From the human T2T-CHM13v2.0 reference genome, Homo sapiens, in assembly GCA_009914755.4 (NCBI GenBank), contig CP068257.2, positions 7,520,001-7,584,000 of the forward strand: a stretch of DNA of 64,000 nt, written 5' to 3'. This document shows positions 25,610 through 41,239 of this stretch, piece by piece; the stretch's first letter is position 1; each line of letters starts with the position of its first letter. The translations under genes and the position numbers were made by a program. The notes beneath the pieces are model-generated. The model saw only the letters and a list, made by a program, of their open reading frames with translations, did not search any database and was not told where the DNA came from.

Positions 25610-26770
25610 TTTTAAGAAGTAATGATTCTTGGGGTAAAGACCATAGAATACGGCACCCAGAAATAAATTCACATATTTCCAGCCAACTGATTTTGGACGA
25701 ACATTCCAAGAACATACGCTGGGGAAAGGACAGCCTCTTCAAATGAATGACACTGGGAAAACTAAATATCCATATGGAGAAGAATGATATTAGCTTCCTA
25801 TGTAACACCATATAACAACATAAACTCAGAATCGATTGAAGACTGAAATGTAAGGCCCAAAATTATCAAACTACTCTAAGTAAATATAAGGAAAATGCTT
25901 GAGGACATTAGTCTGCACAAAGATTTTTATGGGTAAGACATCAGAAGCATAGGCAAACAACAAATCATAGACAAAAGACACTACATTAAGCTAAAGAGCT
26001 TCTGTCCAGCAAACAACTGAGTGAAGAGAAAACCTGTAGAATAGGAGAAAATATTGTCAAGCTATTCACCTAATGAGGGACTAATATACAAAATATACAA
26101 AAAAACTCAAACAACTTCACAGTAAAAAAAATCTGAGTTTAAAATTGGGCAAAATATCTAACTATACTTTTTTTTAGAAAAAGAAATACAAATAGCCAAT
26201 AAATAAATTTTAAAATGCTCAGTATCACTAATCCTCAGGGAAATACAAATCAAATCTACAATGTGATATAATCTTGCTTCAATTTGAATAAATTGCTGTC
26301 ATTGAAAAGACAAAAAAAATAGCAAATGCTGGTGAGGCTCCAGAGAACAGTAAACTCTTACATGCTGTTGGTGGGAAGGTAAATTAGTGCAGCCACTATA
26401 GAGAACAACAGGAGGTTTTCTCAAAAAAACTAATAATGGGACTGCCGAGGGATCCAGCAACCCCACTACCGGGTATTCAGGCAATAGAAAAGAAAACAAT
26501 AGATCAAAAGGATATCTGTCCTCATATGTTTACTGTAGCACTATCCACAACAGCTTGTGTATGGAATCAACCTACATGTCCATCACCAAATGAATGGGCG
26601 AAAAACTGTGGCACACAAACACAGTGGAATACTATTCACCATATAAAGGAATTAAATCCTGTTATTCGTGGCCACGTGGATCAGTCTGACGGATGTTATG
26701 TTAAGTGCAGACACAGAAAGATAAATACTGCACATTCTTACTCATGTGTGGGAGCTAAAGGAAAATTGAA
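25610..26770 (+). mobile_element. L1 (old L1M/L1P-type) ORF2 3' portion, sense
   Basis: gcaaatgctggtgaggctccagagaacagtaaactcttacatgctgttggtgggaaggtaaattagtgcagccactatagagaacaacaggaggtt ... ccatcaccaaatgaatgggcgaaaaactgtggcacacaaacacagtggaatactattcaccatataaaggaattaaatcctgtt matches the L1 ORF2 3' end. The Alu at 26771 abuts it. Confidence 0.8.
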
Positions 26771-27087
26771 GGCTGGGCAATATGGCTGATGCCTGTAACT
26801 TCCTCGCTCTTTGTAAGACCAAAGCAAGAGAATCATTTGAGGCCAAAAGTTCCAGAGCTCCCTGGGCAACATAGGGAGATATCTCTACAAAGTCAAAAAT
26901 CAGACATGTGCAATGGTGTATGCCCATAATGCCAGCTGCTCAGGAGGCTGAGGTGTGAGGATCAGATGGGCCCAAGAGTTTGAAGCTGCAGTGAACTATG
27001 ATCAAACCACTGTCTCCAGTCTGGGTGACTACAGTTGCCCAGAGCCCAGACTACACTAGCAAGACCCTGTCTCTTAACAAAAAAAAG
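26771..27087 (+). mobile_element. Alu (old, AluJ-like)
   Basis: ggctgggcaatatggctgatgcctgtaacttcc ... ggaggctgaggtgtgaggatcagatgggcccaagagtttgaagctgcagtgaactatgatcaaaccactgtctccagtctgggtgactacag ... ctcttaacaaaaaaaa. Confidence 0.85.
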
Positions 27088-29089
27088 CTCACAGAAGTAG
27101 GGGAGAGGAGGCTGGTTAATGGATACAGAATTACAGTTAGATAAGAGGAGTGAGTTCTGGTGTTCTGTGGCATTGTAGGGTGAATATGGTTAACTATGAC
27201 TTATTGTATATTTTTAAAAAGCCAGAAAATTTTGAATGTTCACAATTCAAAGAAATGAAAAATGGTTGAAGTAGTAAATGTGCTAGTTAGCTTGATCATT
27301 ACACACTATATACGTGTATAAAAATATCACTCTATAGCCCATAATTATGTATATATGTGTCAATTAAAACAAAAGAGAAGCTACATTCATCCCATTTAAA
27401 AAACAGAATATGGGCCAGCCTTACTGACTTCCTTCTAATGAGTAGAATGTAGTGAAAGGGATACCATGTGGCTTCCCTATCTCAGACTGTTTTCCCTTGG
27501 AACCCAGCCCCTATTGTGAGAGCCATCAGGCCACAAACAGAGCCTGAAAGTGCCTGTGTCAGTGTTCATGCTGCCTGTCCCAACCAAGTTTACAGCCGAT
27601 GGCCAGCATCAACCATCAAACAAGTGGGTGACCAAAGCTTCAGAGGATTCCATTTCCCCAACTGATCAGCTGTTCCTAGGGAAGCTGAAGGGAGCAGAGC
27701 AAGCTGTCCTGGCCAAGTTTTTCCCAAACCACAGGTTCATGAACAAAATAAATGTTTTTCTTTCAAGCCACAAGACTCTGGGTAATTGTTAGGAAAATAA
27801 GTTTTAAAAAGAGACAACAGGAAACATAACTTATGCAGCAGAAAAGAGTCTCCTTTAAAGCAGGATCTAATAAAGGTTGATATTTATTTATTGATGTCAA
27901 ACATTATTGAGAAGCAGTAGATAACCAGGAGAGAGACATAAGCTGCTGAGGAGGAATTTTCCTAAAACAACTTCAATTATGAACTCTGATAACAAGGCAA
28001 GGGTGTCTTCTTACAATTTCCCCTCAAGTTAGGAAGTAAGACTGGGAAGCAAGAAGATGTATGATTTGAAAAACAACTAGAAATACTGGGTGACATAGGC
28101 AAAATCAGACATTTACCTGATTTCAATTAACTAAAATTCTAAAAGAAGAAGTTTTGAGTATTTATTAATCAACCTAGTATTCAATTTTCATTTTCTTTTC
28201 TAAATGAGGAAATAAGGAGAATATTATGGAATGATTTTTATTCTTCACAGAAGTAAAATAAGCATAGTGTGTTTTGAGTGTTAAGACACAAATGCAACTT
28301 CTCCTTTACCTTACTCCAAGCTTGTTTGTATGGAGAAGTTAAGACCATCCCATTTCTATGTTATGCCACAATGCTTCTCTATAGCACACAACTTGGCTCT
28401 GAAATTTTGAAAGTCAAAATACTAATCTACATGTGTCTCTGATAAATTGCCTGAACGTTACCTGATTTTGAAGTGCTGCACTCCTAAGACTTTTTCTTGG
28501 AATGAGTTAAACGTTTTATTCCAAGAATCCTCTACTGAGCTAGAAAGCAGAGCTGTGCATCTCTGTTTCAGTAAAAGGAGGTCAATATAGGGAACTGTGG
28601 TTTCTGAGAATGCAAGATCTGCACTAATAAAAGGATTAGCCACAGTGCTACCCAAGAGAACCAGCTACCAGGAGGAAAGAGGGTCTGTAAACTGCAAGAT
28701 GATGACTTCACTTGATTTCCACTGAGGAAAGCTGGTGGCTCAGACTTAAACTTCTCCTTCCTAGATGGTAAACATCTATGGAAGGTTCTATGAATTATAA
28801 TGAGTTAGTAAAACATAATGCACTGAATATTAGACTATGTCAGCAGATCCTGTAACCAAAACTTACTGAAAATATAACTATAGTGGGAGGCAATGGAAAA
28901 GAGACTAAAGGCTTGAATGGAGAAAAAAAGAAATTAAGTGTGTCTTGTAAGCCTGGCGTCTGATCATGTCTTAGAGGAAGTAAGGTATAAGCTGGCCAGA
29001 GACTCCTTTGTGACACAAAAGGTGAAGTTACAGACATTCCACTAAATTTAATTTTTATTATGACATAAGACAACTGGTAATATGCAACA

Positions 29090-30235
29090 TGATTGAAAAA
29101 AACTTCTCATTCAATTCGATTGGGCCTTGACATAAGAATAGACATAAACAAGCTAAGAATTGACAATCTAAAAATAAGCCTGCACTTTTACAGTCAATTG
29201 ATTTTATACAAGCTTAACAAAAGAACAAAATGGGAAAAGAATAGTCTTTTCAACAAATGGTGCTGGGACAACTGGGTATCCATAAGCAAAAAATAAATAA
29301 AGTTCGACCAAATATCATATTTAATAATTAACTCAAAATAAAACAGTTAACTGTAAAAGCTAAAACTATAAAACCCTCAGAAGAAAACACTGGCATAAAT
29401 CTTTGTGACTGCATTTGCCAGTGTTTTCTTAGCTATGACTCCAAAGGAAAAATGGATTCAATGGACTTCAAAATTGAAAACTGCTGTGCCTCAGAAGACA
29501 GCATGAAGAAGTGAAAAGGTAAGACGCCAAGTAGAAGAAAGTATTTGAAAAGCGTGTATCTGATAAGGGACTTACATATATAGGAAATATAAATAACTCT
29601 TGCAATTAATAAATAACATGATAAGCCAATTTTAAAAAATGGGCAAGGATTTTGAATAGATATATCTGCAAAGAAGATATAAAGATGGATAAGCACATTA
29701 ATAGATGCTTAATGTAATTAGTCATTAGGAAAATGTAAATCAAAACCACATGTGGTATCACTTCACACCACAGGATAAAATCTTTGTTCAAGAAAAAAGA
29801 GTGTTAGGAAAAATGTAAAGAAATTAAAACCCTTATCTAATGCTGCTGGGAATGTAAAGTGATGCAGCCACTTTGGAAAACAAACTGGTAGCTCCTTAAA
29901 GGGTTAAGCATGAAGTTACCATATGACACAGAAATTCCAGTCATAAGTATATACTCCAGAAAAATAAAAACATACGCAAGCACAAAAACTCATACATAAA
30001 TGTTTACAGCAGCATTATTAATAGTAGTCAAAAGGTGGAAAGAACCAGAACGTCTGTCACCTTTGGCTGGGAGAGAACCCAAAGGTCCATCACCTGGCGA
30101 ATGGATAAATAAAATGTTTGATGTATCCATACAATGGAATATTACTCAGCAATAAGAAGAAATTAAGTACAGATACCGTATTAGGAGGAGACAGCAAAAT
30201 GCCTATGCAGATACGGAAGGGTCCCCGGAGAATCT
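29090..30235 (+). mobile_element. L1M (old L1) ORF2 3' portion, sense
   Basis: The ORF at 29093-29296 encodes ..NSLFNKWCWDNWVSISKK, a classic L1 ORF2 motif. Further on: aaaatgtaaatcaaaaccacatgtggtatcacttcacaccacaggataaaa ... ggtggaaagaaccagaacgtctgtcacc ... gataaataaaatgtttgatgtatccatacaatggaatattactcagcaataagaag. Confidence 0.8.
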
Positions 30236-30239
30236 CCAA

Positions 30240-30520
30240 CGAGCCCCACAAGTGTTTACACCAGATGTTATGTGCAGATAAGGGAACCTGGACTTGTCTT
30301 GCCTGGACATGCCCACAGCAGACTGGAGGCCCACATGCAGTGGGGGGATGGGGTGGAGTCACCAGGAATTCACACCTTATGCAGAGGAGGAGCCTGGCCG
30401 CTTCAGCTCATGTGCTCCTGGTATTCAATTGTGAGGTGGAAACCTCTTTGCAGGACCCCTCTCTTTGCTGAGAGCTGTGCTTTCACATAATAAATTCTGC
30501 CCTCCTCAATGTGTCTGCAT
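30240..30520 (+). mobile_element. Possible solitary retroviral LTR inserted into the L1M
   Basis: A non-L1 segment between two L1M pieces. It ends ..gctgagagctgtgctttcacataataaattctgccctcctcaatgtgtctgcatgcttaatttttcctgg, an AATAAA signal followed by a U5-like sequence. Family not identified. Confidence 0.3.
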
Positions 30521-30559
30521 GCTTAATTTTTCCTGGTCACGAGAGAAGAACACAGATGT

Positions 30560-30910
30560 AGCTGAACTAAGGAGCAAAAACCCAGCATCAATACCTGCTA
30601 CAGCACAGATGCAGCATGAAAAATTATGCTAAGTGAAATAAGCCAGTCCCAGCAGACCACTTGCTTTTTATTTCAGAGGCTTATAGGCAAATCTATACAA
30701 AGAAGGTGGGTGGTTCCCTAGGGCTGAGGGAGGAAGGGAAAACTAGTGAAGATGGCTAAATGATGTGGGGTTTGTTTTTAGGGTGATGAAAATGTTCTAA
30801 AATTAATTGTAATGATGACGGCATAACTCTCTGAAAATACTAAAGTTAATGAATTCTATACTTTAAATGAGTGAATTGCATGGCGTGTTCATTATTTCTC
30901 AATAAACCTG
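30560..30910 (+). mobile_element. L1M 3' UTR / 3' end, sense (continuation of the L1M at 29090)
   Basis: aaattatgctaagtgaaataagccagtc ... ttagggtgatgaaaatgttctaaaattaattgtaatgatgacggcataactctctgaaaatactaaagttaatgaattctatactttaaatgagtgaattgcatgg ... tctcaataaa matches the 3' end of old L1 families. Confidence 0.75.
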
Positions 30911-31599
30911 TTACCCCCCCACCCCAAATTAATTTGGTACTAGAGATCTGCAGATAGGTACTGCTTGGTTTCAAATCACTGGCCAGGGTTCAAGGTCTAA
31001 GAGAATCAACAACATGTCCTTTTTATAGAAAAAGAGATTTATATTTTACAAGCTATCCTTTTCATTAGTATCAAGTCTGTAAAATTCAATGAAAAATCTT
31101 TCTTTCGCTGCTTAAAGCACTGACAGATTTATATAGAGGAATAAGACCTTGTTTTCCTTGGCCCCAATTTCTATCTAAAGGGTCTGGGAAACACACCCTT
31201 CAAACTATCAAATCTCATCAGATGGGTTTTATTAACACTTATAATATGGCTTCCTTTCTAATCTGATTCTGTTGCAGCATCACAGAGAGAAGAAGCTGAA
31301 GGAAATCAAAATATTTTACCCCCAAATATATTTTTTGACGTATTTTGAAATGGCTGCTGCAGGGCCAAGAGATTGAAATGGCCCTCATTAAGGTAGCCCA
31401 ATCTCCCCTTCTAGGTCTTTCCAGATCTGGGGAAGATTAACTAAGAGCCTGAGGCATTTAAAGTTTGAAAAGATATATTTACCCTCTATTTTCTCAACAT
31501 ATTTTGGCAGAATTTGGATTTTTCCATTATCAATATTTTCCAAAATGCATGATTTTTAATACCAAAACTGATTTAAAATTACCATACGTTGGAATATAA

Positions 31600-32040
31600 A
31601 TTATTCTATTATAAAGATACATGCATTTGCATGTTCACTGCAGCACTATTCACAATAGTAAAGACATGGAATCAACACAGATGGACATTATCAGTGATAA
31701 TGGGATAAAGAAAATGTGGTATATATACACCATGGAATACTATGGAGCCATAAAAATGAATGAGATCATGCTCTTTGCAGGGATATGGATGAACCCAAAG
31801 CTGATATCTTCAGCAAACTAATGCAGGAAGAAAAAACCAAACACTGCATCTTCTCACTTATAAGTGGGAGCTGAACGATAAGAGCACATGGACTCGGGGA
31901 GGGGAACAACAAACACTGGGGCCTGTTGGGGTCAGGAGGGAGAGCATCAAGATCAATAACTAATGCCCACAGGGCTTAATATCTAGGTGATGGATTGATA
32001 GGTGCAGCAAACCATCATGGAACACGTTTACCTATATAAG
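31600..32040 (+). mobile_element. L1 3' end fragment, sense
   Basis: gcatgttcactgcagcactattcacaatagtaaagacatggaatcaac ... aaaatgtggtatatatacaccatggaatactatggagccataaaaatgaatgagatcatgctctttgcagggatatggatgaacc ... cacttataagtgggagctgaac ... gcaaaccatcatggaacacgtttacctatataa. Confidence 0.85.
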
Positions 32041-32046
32041 AAACTT

Positions 32047-32150
32047 GTTGGCCAGACTGGTCTTTAACTCCTGACCTCATGATCTTCCTGCCTTGGCCTC
32101 CCAAAGTGCTGGGATTACAGGTGTGGCCACCATGCCTGGTGGCTATTTCT
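32047..32150 (-). mobile_element. Truncated Alu fragment, antisense
   Basis: ttggccagactggtctttaactcctgacctcatgatcttcctgccttggcctcccaaagtgctgggattacaggtgtggccaccatgcctggtgg. Confidence 0.8.
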
Positions 32151-32325
32151 CTTTTTAAATTCTCTCAGGACTCCTAAAATCTCAAAACTTTGACCTAGAT
32201 TCCCTAATCTACATTTCCAGCTCTGACCATTTTCTTGAGGTCTCTTCCTTCTAGTACACATATTATAGAAAATATTCTCAACCACATGCTCATACATTGC
32301 TAATTGGTGCAGATTACTTTTGTAG

Positions 32326-32832
<507 letters not shown>

Positions 32833-33230
32833 TGAGAATCATATTATCAATTGTTTGCCTTTGTTTTCTTTTAAAGAAATTCCTTTTCCATAGAGATATG
32901 GCATGATGAAAGTCTTGTTCTAAAGTTTCTTTTGGGGGACACTTAACTATGTCATTGGGAAGCTTCAGTAAGTAGAGAACTCCCTTCTTCTCACTCAAGA
33001 TTCTTCATCTCAAAATGGTGTCCACCAAATGTCTTAATCCAGGTAGTCTTTTGTGTAGAAATTCATGAAATAAGAACCTTCTCGAGAAGTTGGAGGCTAG
33101 TGATTGAGATGGTTTAACGCTGCCCCTTATTATATGTTTTACTCCCAAGGTAGACATCAAAGTGGCTAATAATTCTATGACTGATGTCTAACTCACTTCT
33201 ATGGGAATCTATACAAAACGTTTTATTTAT

Positions 33231-33387
33231 GAGACAGAGTCTCCCTCTGTTACCCAGCCTGGAGTGCAGCGGCTTGATCACTGTTCACTACAGCCTCAAT
33301 ATTCCAAGCTCAAACGACCCTCCTACCACAGCCTCCCAATGTAGCTGGGACTACAGGCGTGCACCACCATGCCTCAGATAAGTGTTT

Positions 33388-33420
<33 letters not shown>

Positions 33421-33503
33421 GACAGGGTCTCACTATATTGCTCTGGCTGGTCTCAAACTCATGGGCTCAAACGATCCTCCTGCTTCAGCCTTCCAAAACC
33501 AGG
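33231..33503 (-). mobile_element. Two antisense Alu fragments separated by a 28-nt poly-T tract (33391-33418)
   Basis: gagacagagtctccctctgttacccagcctggagtgcagcggcttgatcactgttcactacagcctc ... a T28 run ... agagacagggtctcactatattgctctggctggtctcaaactcatgggctcaaacgatcctcctgcttcagcc. Confidence 0.8.
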
Positions 33504-34589
33504 TGTTTAACTGGGGACTAACATGAAACACTTAGAAGACTACGTGGAACATAGTGAGCTACATAAAATATTTGCTATTAGCATAATAATTTTATTGTAT
33601 ATCTTAACAAAATTGTGTATTTTAGGCAGGTGGCATGCCAATGGAAGTACTCTCCTATAGCTGCACTGAATCATTCTTACCACTGAGAGTTGCAGCAAAT
33701 GGGGGACATAATTTATAACTTACTTTTCTCTCTGTATGACTCATTAGGCAATGACTATGTATGTACTACAATGTAAACAGCACCTCCTGGATTGAATAGT
33801 ACATAACTGACATGACCAGCAGAGACAGGCTAAAGACACTGAGCTGAAAACCCTGGACTCTATTGCTAAATCAAGGCTCCTGAATCCGTTCCCTCTGAGA
33901 AACTGTTGCTGTGGTGCTGCCTTCACAAGCACTCTGCTGAGCACTCATATTGAGGGGCTGTGCTATCCGTCATCGGACAAGCTGCACCCAGAACTGTTCA
34001 GCTGACAAACTGGTAGCAGTCCAGAAACACAGTTCTGCTGCATAGTGAAAAAAGGCCAATTTAGATTCTTTTTCATAGAGAGAAAAACATAAACATGTGA
34101 TTGAACGAGTCTCCTGTATTAGACTAATTGGGTTGGCTTTGATATTTAATTGCTAAAAACACACTTAGAATATAAACCTTACTGTGTCAAGGTCTCAAAG
34201 AAGAAATAATTGGTATGGTATAAAGTATTGAATTGTATGCTACAAACTTCTAAGCTAAAATATTTTCAATGTATGCAAGGATAGGTGGCACACATATTAT
34301 ATATTATTCCCCCATTAAGCAAATTTATAATGAGAGAAAACTATCTTCCATAAAAAAATAAAAGCCATGTAAAATTAAGAACTAAGTTTTTCTGCAAAGA
34401 CTAGACAACGATTGCTAACACATAAGGTCAATGAGAGAACACTCAGAGAAAGCTTCATGAAAACAATAAATTGTCTGCCACTTCTGAGTGAATGAGGCTA
34501 GATGAATAGAAACTGAGAAGGCAGAAAGGATAGCATGAGCAAGACAAGTGCTGAAATCTGCCCAATTAACTCTGAGGATAAAGTCCAAT

Positions 34590-35100
34590 GGCAGAGAAAT
34601 AAAAACGCGTGTCCACATAATAACCTGTAAGTGAATGTTCGCAGCAGCATTTTTCATAAGAGCTAAACAGTGGAAACTAACCTAAAGGTCCATCAACCGA
34701 TGAATGAATGGAAAACCAGTATAGACATGGAATAGAATATCACTTAACTGTAAGAAGAAATAAACTACCAATGTGTGCTAAAACATTATGCTAAGTGAAT
34801 TCTGAAAACATTATGCTAAGTGAAAAAGCCAGTCACAAAGGACTACGTATTGTATAACTCTATGTATATGAAATAGGCAGAACAGGCGAACATATGGAGA
34901 CAAAAGCAGATAGATGGTGGTTGCCTACAACAGAGGTAGGTGGAGGGACATGGAGGAAGGCTGCAGTCATGCCTAGGAGATGTAGCGTTGCTTTTCAGGG
35001 TGATGAAAATGCTGTGAATTACTAATAGATACTGAGTTGTACATTTTAAATGGTTGAACTCTCTCAAATGTGAATGATATCTCAGTGAAACTGTTTTTAA
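34590..35100 (+). mobile_element. L1M 3' end fragment, sense
   Basis: gtccacataataacctgtaagtgaatgttcgcagcagcatttttcataagagctaaacagtggaaactaacctaaaggtccatcaaccgatgaatgaatgg ... ttttcagggtgatgaaaatgctgtgaattactaatagatactgagttgtacattttaaatggttgaactc. Confidence 0.8.
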
Positions 35101-35703
35101 AATCCGAAGGCAGGATCAAGATAATTTTCTCAACTCTCAATTTTTGATGTACATGTTATCTCAAATTTAAATATTTCCACAGTTTTATAGTATATTTTAA
35201 ATAAAAGATAAAGAAAATGCCTAACTTTTCAAATAGTTTGTAAATTAACCTAAAACATGCACTTTTAAAAGAATAGTATAATGGCCTTTCTGTACAAGTT
35301 AACCTAGAATCTGTGAAATAAATAGACACAGATTCTGTGTCCACTCACAAAAGTGAAGAAATAAGACAATTTTCTGGAACATTCCATGAAACATTCTTCT
35401 CTGATTTAATCTGGCCTGCCTCATCAGAGCAATACAAAAATTACTTAAAAATACTGTTTTAACAGGACAAAAGTCAGTTTTCTATGAGGAATGATATATA
35501 ATTCTCAACTTTTCCAAGGGTACGTATTGTAAGAGAAAAGGTATGCAATGGTTTTTCAAAATGGTAGAATGAAAGTCACAATATAAAAAAATAAGTACAT
35601 TATAGAGATAGTAAAGTGGAAATAATTCATTGTAATGAAAATAAAAAATCAAGCTTCTGCCATAATTCGTATCCTAAAACATGTTATGTAATTCAACTAG
35701 CTA

Positions 35704-35940
<237 letters not shown>

Positions 35941-37486
35941 TTAATAATATTTAACTCTAACATACGTACTTTGAAAATTATCACCACACATATCAATTCA
36001 CCTTCTTTTAATCACATGTACACATTTTTATTTATTACTGAATTCAGTGAGGGATGCACAATATGTTCTCTTCCTGCCAAATTGGTATTCTCTTACTTAC
36101 ATAACAGATTCATCCCACCATTCAATCATCTTAGAAGCTCAACTCAACCTCAAAGTTCCTCACATATTCAATCACCTGTTCAAATCCTTCCAACAGATTC
36201 CTATCTCAGAATAAAAGTAAAATTCCAATGGCCTTTGAGGTCCTAGGTAAACAGGTCTCTACCTCCCTCTCTGACTTCAAAGCTCCTACAACTCCCTCCT
36301 GTAATTACTCCATTCCCACTGTACGTGAAGCCTGCCACCCCTCTGTCTGAAAATAGGGATCTAATGCCTTACTCATAAATCACAGGCAGCTACAAGTATC
36401 TTTGTACTGAACAAAATTATATTCCAATGATAGTCATTAAGCCTTGAAATAAAAATTAGGAGCTAATTATTAATATAAATATTCAAAGTAAACTATAAAT
36501 ACCAGTGGGAAGACTAAACCAAATATAGTTTTGCTAAATATTACCACATGTATCCTAAATTATGATTTTATAACAAGTAGGTGCCTTTAAAACATTACAT
36601 AGTCATAAAAATATGTAATTTGACATATTTTCAGATTTGTTAAATTAATATGATTAATAACAAAGATATACCAACTAAAATACATAAAAAGCTACTTAAA
36701 GCAAGGTATTACAAGACACAGCAATACACTTCAGTTCATCTGGGAAATCTAGAATTAAGTGTCAAAGATAATCAATTAAATTTTAATTTGAAAATACTCA
36801 TTTCAGGTGTAAACATTTCCATTTATACTTACATTATGGTCTTAACATGTGGCAACATAAAGTCATTAAAATTATTATTTCAGCAGTACAGAACTATCTA
36901 CCTTAAAATATGACTCTGTGCCTAATAAAATTTCATAGGTGACACAATGTCTTTTCTCAAAGTAAATCATCTCTCACCTCTACCTTTTATTTCCTAGAAA
37001 TGGGGCACGTTTCTAAGCTGGTATAGTAAACACGGTTTTCCTTTTTTTTTATTAAAACAGCTTTGTTGAAATATAATTTACATACTATAGAATGTATCTG
37101 TTTTAACTTAAAGTTAAAAGAATTTTTAGTCCATTTACTGAGTTGTGCAGCCATCTCTACAATCAAACTTTACAGCATTTCCATCACTGCAAGATCCCTG
37201 ACGCCCATTAGCAGTCACTACCAGCTTTCAGCCCCAGCCCTTTGCAAACATTAGTCTACTTTTTGTCCCTATACGTTTATCTTTTCTGGATGCTTCATGT
37301 AAATGGAATTATACAGTATGGTAAACACACTTTTTATCCATTGATTTTTATATTCAACTAAGTTCAACATGTATCCAGAACCAAATGTTTAAATTTTCTT
37401 TCTAAAAGTTTGAAAATATTTATCTTCCTTGATACTTACTACTCTTTCTGCTTTCTCTCTCACATATCGAAAGAGACTTTCTTTTT

Positions 37487-38356
<870 letters not shown>

Positions 38357-38567
38357 CTAAATAAAACAAAAGAAAGTTTTAGCTAGTACTCAATAAAATA
38401 TCATGATTACCTCTGAAGTTAAAGAATAACCTGCACATCCATATACTAAAAAGGTTACTGTAAGTGGATATCCAACTGGAGAAAAAGTTGAAGCAAAACT
38501 TTGAACTTTATAGAGCATAAGTTCCAAAAAGTTCAGAAATTTATTTAAAGTCAATGAATTTATAAAA

Positions 38568-38600
38568 GTAAACACACACACACACACGCACACCAGAGAA
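38568..38600. repeat. (CA)n microsatellite
   Basis: aaacacacacacacacacgcacaccag. Confidence 0.9.
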
Positions 38601-39509
38601 TTTTTAAGAATTTCAGAATTGGAAAAGCCTTTCCCTGAATTACAACAAACTCAAAAGCATAAATTAAAGCATTAACAAATTTGACTAAATTAAAATATAT
38701 CAAAAAATTGCATTTACACTTTGATATCTAACCCATACACCACCCTATAGTAAGAACCTTAGTTCACACATATTTGGACAGATAAAATTTCTCAGAGTTA
38801 TTACAGTTCTGTTTCACTGATAACATTCTATTTTAATTTGACTCTTTTAACACTTTTATAGTCAGTTGAAAGAATTACATTTACTAAATCATAAATCTAG
38901 ACATTATACTAGTCACTCCTATATACATTCATTGATGAACCCATCTAGTTACCACAAATTTGAAAAAGAAATGTTAAAAATATAAGCAAGCTACAGGATT
39001 TTCCCCAGGACTTCTTACTCTACTTCTAGTTCTCTGACAGATCACAGTTACTTCTGTGGTGTAAATGTATCAATACGAAAGAAAACATTTATTTCAAAAC
39101 ACCAATGGTAAATAAGATAAAATTTATAGAGCTCTTCTTAGAATATCATGAGATTATTTGTGATTGCAATAATTTGTTTCCTCTTTATAGTATTAGGTAC
39201 AGTAATCAATATGAAATGGCGGGAAGTACAAGGAACAATTTTACTGGGAACAAAATCTTTATCAATAGGTTATCACTAAGTATATATTATGGCATATTAT
39301 TGTTTTCAAAAGCTCTTTGTAATAAAATAATATCCTATGTGGATGCCAAGATTTATAATAAAAATAATTGTACCTGTAAGTGTCATCATTCATTTTTTAA
39401 AAATGAGATAACATTTCTGGTTTGTTTTAGACCAAAATATTATATATTAAATCAAGAGGATATTATAAGTAACATTGATAAAATAAAGTTTAAAATATAG
39501 AATTTTTAC

Positions 39510-39704
39510 CAAAGATTTATTTATCTGATTTGGAGTATTTCTTGTAGTCTTCGGTTTCATCTCTAGTGATTGAATAGTTGGTTCAAGTTGTTTTGCTTCA
39601 ACTTCTTTCTTATATTGTTTCCCTTTCCTTTCTAATTCTTCTCTATTTTTTTGTACAGCATATTAACATTTGTTTTTTCTTCACTTTCTTGTCTTAAGAT
39701 GCAT
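39510..39704 (-). pseudogene. ANKRD26-family exon with a 1-bp frameshift in an A7 run; acceptor tttgtctgcag|ATGCATC, donor CTTTG|gtaaaa
   Basis: Frame 1 reads CILRQESEEKTNVNMLYKK. After the A7 run (plus-strand T7 at 39646-39652) frame 2 reads NREELERKGKQYKKEVEAKQLEPTIQSLEMKPKTTRNTPNQINKSL. An A8 run would restore a single frame. Confidence 0.6.
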
Positions 39705-40750
39705 CTGCAGACAAAGACATTTATCTTAAAATTCATTTTGTTAAAAAATAAAGAGATCATCCTGTGATCTACCTCTGCAGATGCTCTTTATCATCCTAGT
39801 AAAATTTCTATGTTCTGGATTATTTTTCCTTTGTAGTTCTCAGATATTTAATTTCTCACTTCAACATCTTCAAACGAATGCATATACTTGAAAATTAGTA
39901 AGGAAAGAATATTCTGCTAAAGTTTTTATTACTAGTCACTCTAGTATGTATTATACAAAAAGATACTGGAAATAATTCAGTATAGTTAGAAGTTCAAAAT
40001 TACCTTTTCAAATCACACAGTCATAATTATTACCTGATTAGAAAAGGTCATTTACAATCAACTAAATTTTTAAAGTTACTATTTATTGACAAGCGTATAA
40101 GTTCACTAGAAATAAATTTTCATCTCTATGAAATATTGCAGGTGTCTCTCCAAATGATTTACAGAGTAAGATATCTCTCACACAAACTATATCTGCAGAT
40201 TATTGTCATCTAAAACTAGGCTAAAGAGTCTAACATCTGTTACCCCACACTTTTTCTAATTCTTTCTTAATACTTCCAGTTCACCTTCTTATTACATATA
40301 TTTTATATATTTATTAAGCTATTGTTCATTATGTGTAATATATAATTAATGCCCTTAATAAGTGTGTGTATGTTTACACAAGTTATGTTTTCCTGTGAAA
40401 TCTAGTCCCAGAAGTGGAGTTGTTGAGTTAAAGGGATGTCAGGTTATTTGAAATTTTGATAAACAGCACTAAGTTACCCTTCAGAAATAATTTACCAATT
40501 TCATATACCAACATTGTATGAGAATGCCTTTTTCCTCTCATTTTCAATGGTAGGAATTACTTTTTCAATATCAGCATGACTTTACAAAATATATCTTATT
40601 TTATGTTAATTTGCATTTTTCTGATTACTAGGCAGGGCTAAATATCCCTGGTAAAACTATAAAACTTGTTAATCATAATGAACATTAGTCCAATTTTGAA
40701 TTAGTTTATAGCACAATGACAATTATCTGCTGAGAAATACTGCTATAGGT

Positions 40751-41054
<304 letters not shown>

Positions 41055-41073
41055 CTGCTATAGGCTTACTTAC

Positions 41074-41239
41074 CTATCATGCTCTTCCTTCAGTTTCTTG
41101 GGAAATTGCTGAGGATACGTTTTCCCAATCTTTCTTTCTTTGGTTAATCTGTCAGCAGCAGCAGAAGATGTACTATGACATACATTTTCTGATAGTTGTA
41201 TTTTTTCACTTTTGTTTGTATTATTTCCTTCTTTGACCT
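41074..41239 (-). pseudogene. ANKRD26-family exon (166 bp, open); acceptor tttattaaag|GTCAAAGAAGG, donor CATGATAG|gtaagtaag
   Basis: Translation: VKEGNNTNKSEKIQLSENVCHSTSSAAADRLTKERKIGKTYPQQFPKKLKEEHDR. Both splice sites are strong and canonical. Confidence 0.65.

Noticed and set aside
27400-27800. Plus-strand ORFs 27468-27665 and 27550-27792 as a transposon-derived element
   Set aside because: I could not recognise a repeat family or protein similarity from the sequence alone. The ORFs are short and overlap in different frames.
29093-29296. 67-aa ORF as a gene
   Set aside because: It is an L1 ORF2 fragment (motif NKWCWDNW).
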